DNA of 64,000 nucleotides from Haplodiscus bocki. Lineage: Eukaryota. The stretch is from contig OZ296653.1 in assembly GCA_965655095.1 (NCBI GenBank), positions 3,348,001-3,412,000 on the forward strand, written 5' to 3'. The number at the start of each line of letters is the position of its first letter. Within the stretch, counting starts at the first letter, position 1. Positions 59,901 to 64,000 of the stretch are shown one piece after another. Below the pieces are notes generated by a model. The model had not been told where the DNA came from and ran no database searches. It was given only the letters and a program-made list of their open reading frames with translations. The translations under genes and the position numbers were made by a program.

Positions 59901-62900
59901 TGTCACTGAAACGTCTATTTTTCGCCCGAAATGCAGCTGTCGAATTGTCCCTAGTTTTCCTTCATTTCCCCCATTTCTGGTCCAAATAGGTTAAATACCT
60001 CCCAGCTCAAAATATTACGTTGAGTTTTTGACTGGGATCAAATGAGCAAAAATTTTGGTCTGAGTTTTCATAATGGCTGATGCGACCCCTAAAAGTGTGG
60101 GATTCTGAACGTTTACGGCAAATTCATTTCATGGAAAAACTGATCGGTTTGAGTTTTTGAGAGAAACTTTTTAGGTTTTTCCGAGTTTCGAAGTTTTCAT
60201 CCTTCTATTTTCTGTTGCAGAAGGTCTGTGTTCAAAAAAAGTTGATTCGCGAAGGTCTTTGTGTCTAAGCCATTTACACAAAGCAACTCCTGAGCGGTTT
60301 TTAGGCTTTTAAGCACTCGTACGTTGAAAAAAAAATGGAAACAAGCATAAAGAAGTTCTTCATTCTCGTCCATTTTTCACTCCTCGGCTTCTGTTGCCTT
60401 GAATTTTTTCTGCTGCTCCCTTTTGTTCCACCTTCTTGTGTTCTGCACCTGACAGGAAACTCAAAAAGTGTACCGGCACAAATTGTGAGAGCAACAGAAA
60501 TTGATTGGATCCCTTGTGATTCTGCCTAAGTTGCTAGGCAAAAAAACTGGGCGGACCCTTAAATGAACATCAGATTTTCGACTCACCTCTCAGGGGTTTC
60601 TGCCAAGTTCGAGGAAATTTTGAGAAGCATTAGACTGTTTTGAGTCTGGTTGCTCCAGAAAAGCTCTTCGAGTTGACTTTCTTCGATTTAGAAGCTATGA
60701 CAAGGGGATATTTAGTGTTGAGTTGTTCTTTAGCTTTGATCCTGTGCAAATACAATAATGCGTAACCTGTCTGATTTGGCTATTCGGTTCTGTGGATCAC
60801 GTTGCTGCAAATTTTGTTATAACATAAAAGGCACTGGAAAAAGGCAGAAGGGCCTCCGGGACAGGCCCTGAATGAATAGGTGTAGAAACTCAATGCTTAA
60901 GCTGAAGGCACCGAAAACTGAAAATCACAAAAGTTCCTCGGAAAATTATTGAATTTTCCCACTAACTGCCAGGAATCACGCAGAAGTTAGTCTGAAGGGG
61001 TTTTCTCTGTGACCTCATAAACTAAAAACAACCTAAAAACAGACCCTCTGGTACCAGGTACGATGGTCCTGGGGTTTATATCCATAGAAGCTGCGACTCC
61101 CATTTTTCAGATCATGAAACCTCTCCGATCAATCTGTGGCGACCCATAGCTTTCATTTTGTAATGGAAATCATTGACAGATTCCGTAGTCACAATGCAGG
61201 ACAGGAAATGATCCACCAGTGGACAACGGAAAATCCATTTTCCCCGAATCACTGGCCATTTTAACGTTTTGTTAGGTTGTTTCTATAGAACGGCGGCGTC
61301 TCATCACTTACGCCCATCTAACTGCTCCCTAAAACGTGATGTTGCAAACTACACTGATTATCTGCGCAACCCTGATGGCTGGAATGATTCGGCTCAGAGG
61401 CTGGAAAATGAAGAGTTTCTTGAAAATGGCCCATTTTGCGACCAAAAGAGAGCGAAGGTTCAACTTTGCGCGTTTTTATCTTGGCTTCACTCGAAGCTCA
61501 ATAGTAAGGGGCGCGGTTCTGCAGTTTCTTGATTAAAAACACGCTGATCCTGAGGTTTTCATTTAGAAAACAGAGAGTAGTCTCACAATGTTCAAAAACC
61601 CAGGTTTGTCCAAGATCTCTCTGAAAAAGCCGTGCTTTTCCAAGTTCACCGCAAAAAAGTTGCTCTTAAAACTCCAAATTGAGACAAACTGTCAATTCAT
61701 AAAACAAGGCGAGTCGAAAAAACAGACTGCAAGTTGTGTAAATTATAGATAAACGACTACATTGTAAAAACAAAAAACTCCAGATTTTTCGTGTTTTCGC
61801 TGATTAGCCAAAATAAACTAAACGTTCCCTGTAGAAGATGGGCTAGGTCAAAATCTGTTTTGAAGAAAAAAAACGTACTGTCACAATACCTAAACCCAAG
61901 GATTTTCTCAACTGTCAGTGTAATGAAAGCGTGATTGCCAGTCAAGATGTGTCCTTGGGACCGACACTTACCTCGTCAGGAATGTTTCCACTAGTCTCAT
62001 CATTCGTATTTAATTCCTGAAAAGTGTTGTTCCTTTCGAAAATGTTTTCAAAAGAAAAAGTAATCCCTATGCGTTCCCTACGTTCCGAAATTCTCATGAC
62101 ACTGCCTGTGTGTCGTCCAGATGACGACACACGGCCAGTGTGACTTAACTGCTAATTCAATCCTAGAGGTGATAATATGATAATATGAATCGCGGCCAAA
62201 ATTGCGTTTTGATTCCTATCGTCAACCGTGTCAACAATGGTAACCATTTCCTTGTCAATCTTTCCAATCCTATTTCTTAGTCTGACATTTTAAATTTTCT
62301 TTCCCAACTTTTCCGCTGTTTTTTTTTCGGCCGGATGATGAAACTCAAATTAAGCTTGGTATTACTTGGTAAATGTGGTAGATGCTTCCTTGTTCACATT
62401 TGGAAGTAATCATTGAACTGGAGACAAAAATGTGTCATTTCACATAGCAAAATTTATTAAACAAATCCTAGGAGTGAACCATTTTCAGGCTAGTTCCAGT
62501 TAAAGGTTTAACTTTGATAGAGGCAGATAAAAAACAGGGACGTAAAATTTAACTCAACGTGTGCGTAGCATTACATGAGTGAGTACCTAAGTCGATGACT
62601 AACTGGCAGGAAAATGTGCCACCATTCTGGGTTGTTGTTTTCTGAGTTTCCTCAGCTAAGTTTTGTAGCATATTCATCCTCTTCAGCGAGACACTCTCAG
62701 ATGAGATGTGCTTGTGGTGGCTCCAATTGTACCTTATATCTGTAGAGAAGTTTTCTTTCATACTGGCTACCATCTATCAAGCCGCGTTTGTCATCAACGG
62801 TGATCGAACGCATATATCGTCTACTGTGCTTTGGGCCAAAGAACCGGAAAGAATGGAAACCTGAGTTTCTGCTCTCGTTAGCATTTTCTAGACAGTCTTG

Positions 62901-64000
62901 TTTCAGGGGAAATGTGTCTGCTCAAGTTGTGTTTATCCTCTGACGTTTTCCTCCAATTCACATTCTATCTTTGTATCATCAAATGCATCAATCACCGAAA
63001 TTTCATCGCGTCATCGCAACGAGGCTTCTCTTCTTTATAATGTAGTGTCAACTTGTAATTCATACATGACAAGTCCTTGTTTTGCAGCTGACCAGCCTAG
63101 AGGCACCATAATCTTCTTAGTTTCTAGCCAAAAATGTCTTGATCTCAATATTCAACAACCGCGTTGTGCAGCACATGCTGCCCTTTCTGCGTGGGTCGAT
63201 TGATACAATCGGAAATTATATAGTTTGGCAGTAAGTCTGAGTTTTTTGGTTGACTAGAACTTCAACAGTTTTTTTGCCCTCCCACCTTTTTGTTTTTTTT
63301 TGCTGGTCTCACAACAGTTAAAGCAGCTGATGATTGTTCTTTCAAAATTTCGACTTGGTCGGTCCTGAAGGAAAAACAGAAGGCTAATTTCGTTTTGTTG
63401 CTCTGCAAGTCCCAGTGGCACTGTGAGTTACCTCCAAGCAGCTACTAGACCAAAGATGGTCAGACTCAATAGGGCAAAGGCAAGCAAGGGAGATTGCACG
63501 TCTGCATTCACTACTTCAGTGATCTCAGAAGCCATCAAAAATCTCGGAAAAACGTTGTCAGGCGGACTTGAATAGGCTGTATGAAACATTGTTGAATTGT
63601 GGACTCTGGTGACAAATGCCTAACAACAAAGCAGTGTTTCACTATCCTCTCATTGACATCTTGAGGTCATTCCTATGGTTCTTTGTTAATCAAAGAGTTC
63701 AAATTTTGTGTTGAAGCTGGATTGTAGCCTTCTGGTGAACAACAGAAGGGAATTGATACAGTCCGTTAGCCTCAATTGCTGCAAAGCGTCTACAACCCTC
63801 CTTGATTCTACATGTCATTGGTTGTCTGTATACTGAGAAAGCGAGCAAATTCATGAGGGAAATCAAACGAATCAAGTTTTCACTCCTAAAATAAAATGTT
63901 GTATCAAAATGTATGCAACCTGACGTTGAATCTAATCGTTGCTGTAAAAAATGATTCACCAAAAATGGACAGCGTGATATCAACAACTCTCTTTATGTTA

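Noticed and set aside
57000-64000. Short ORFs and possible TE relics downstream of FLCN
   Set aside because: No recognisable domains, termini or splice-consistent exons

Overview
AT-rich animal (metazoan) genomic DNA, not prokaryotic. A host folliculin (FLCN) gene runs on the + strand: a longin exon at 31720-31989 and DENN-domain exons at 50793-56905. Its 5' exon was not found in the window. In and upstream of its introns lie at least four distinct, pseudogenised Polinton/Maverick (adintovirus-like) endogenous viruses. Element 1 spans ~3.0-12.2 kb and is truncated. Element 2 (14398-28571) is complete, with AGTAGT termini, TIRs and a 6-bp TSD, and splits a RING/B-box-like pseudogene. Element 3 (33092-~47.4 kb) starts with a terminal hairpin. 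Element 4 (~47.5-50.7 kb, minus strand) is an AT-rich pPolB plus integrase relic. There is also an orphan Polinton terminus (~30945), a near-intact FLYWCH-MULE transposon with a 9-bp TSD (52584-54980), an 84-bp minisatellite and dispersed repeats. The most unusual observations are a PHD finger fused to the N-terminus of the element 2 integrase, spliceosomal introns in viral genes (a spliced ORFan-PLA2-like fusion, and a pPolB intron present in only one lineage), and a ~105-bp terminal palindrome. All family assignments come from motif recognition by eye; no searches were run.
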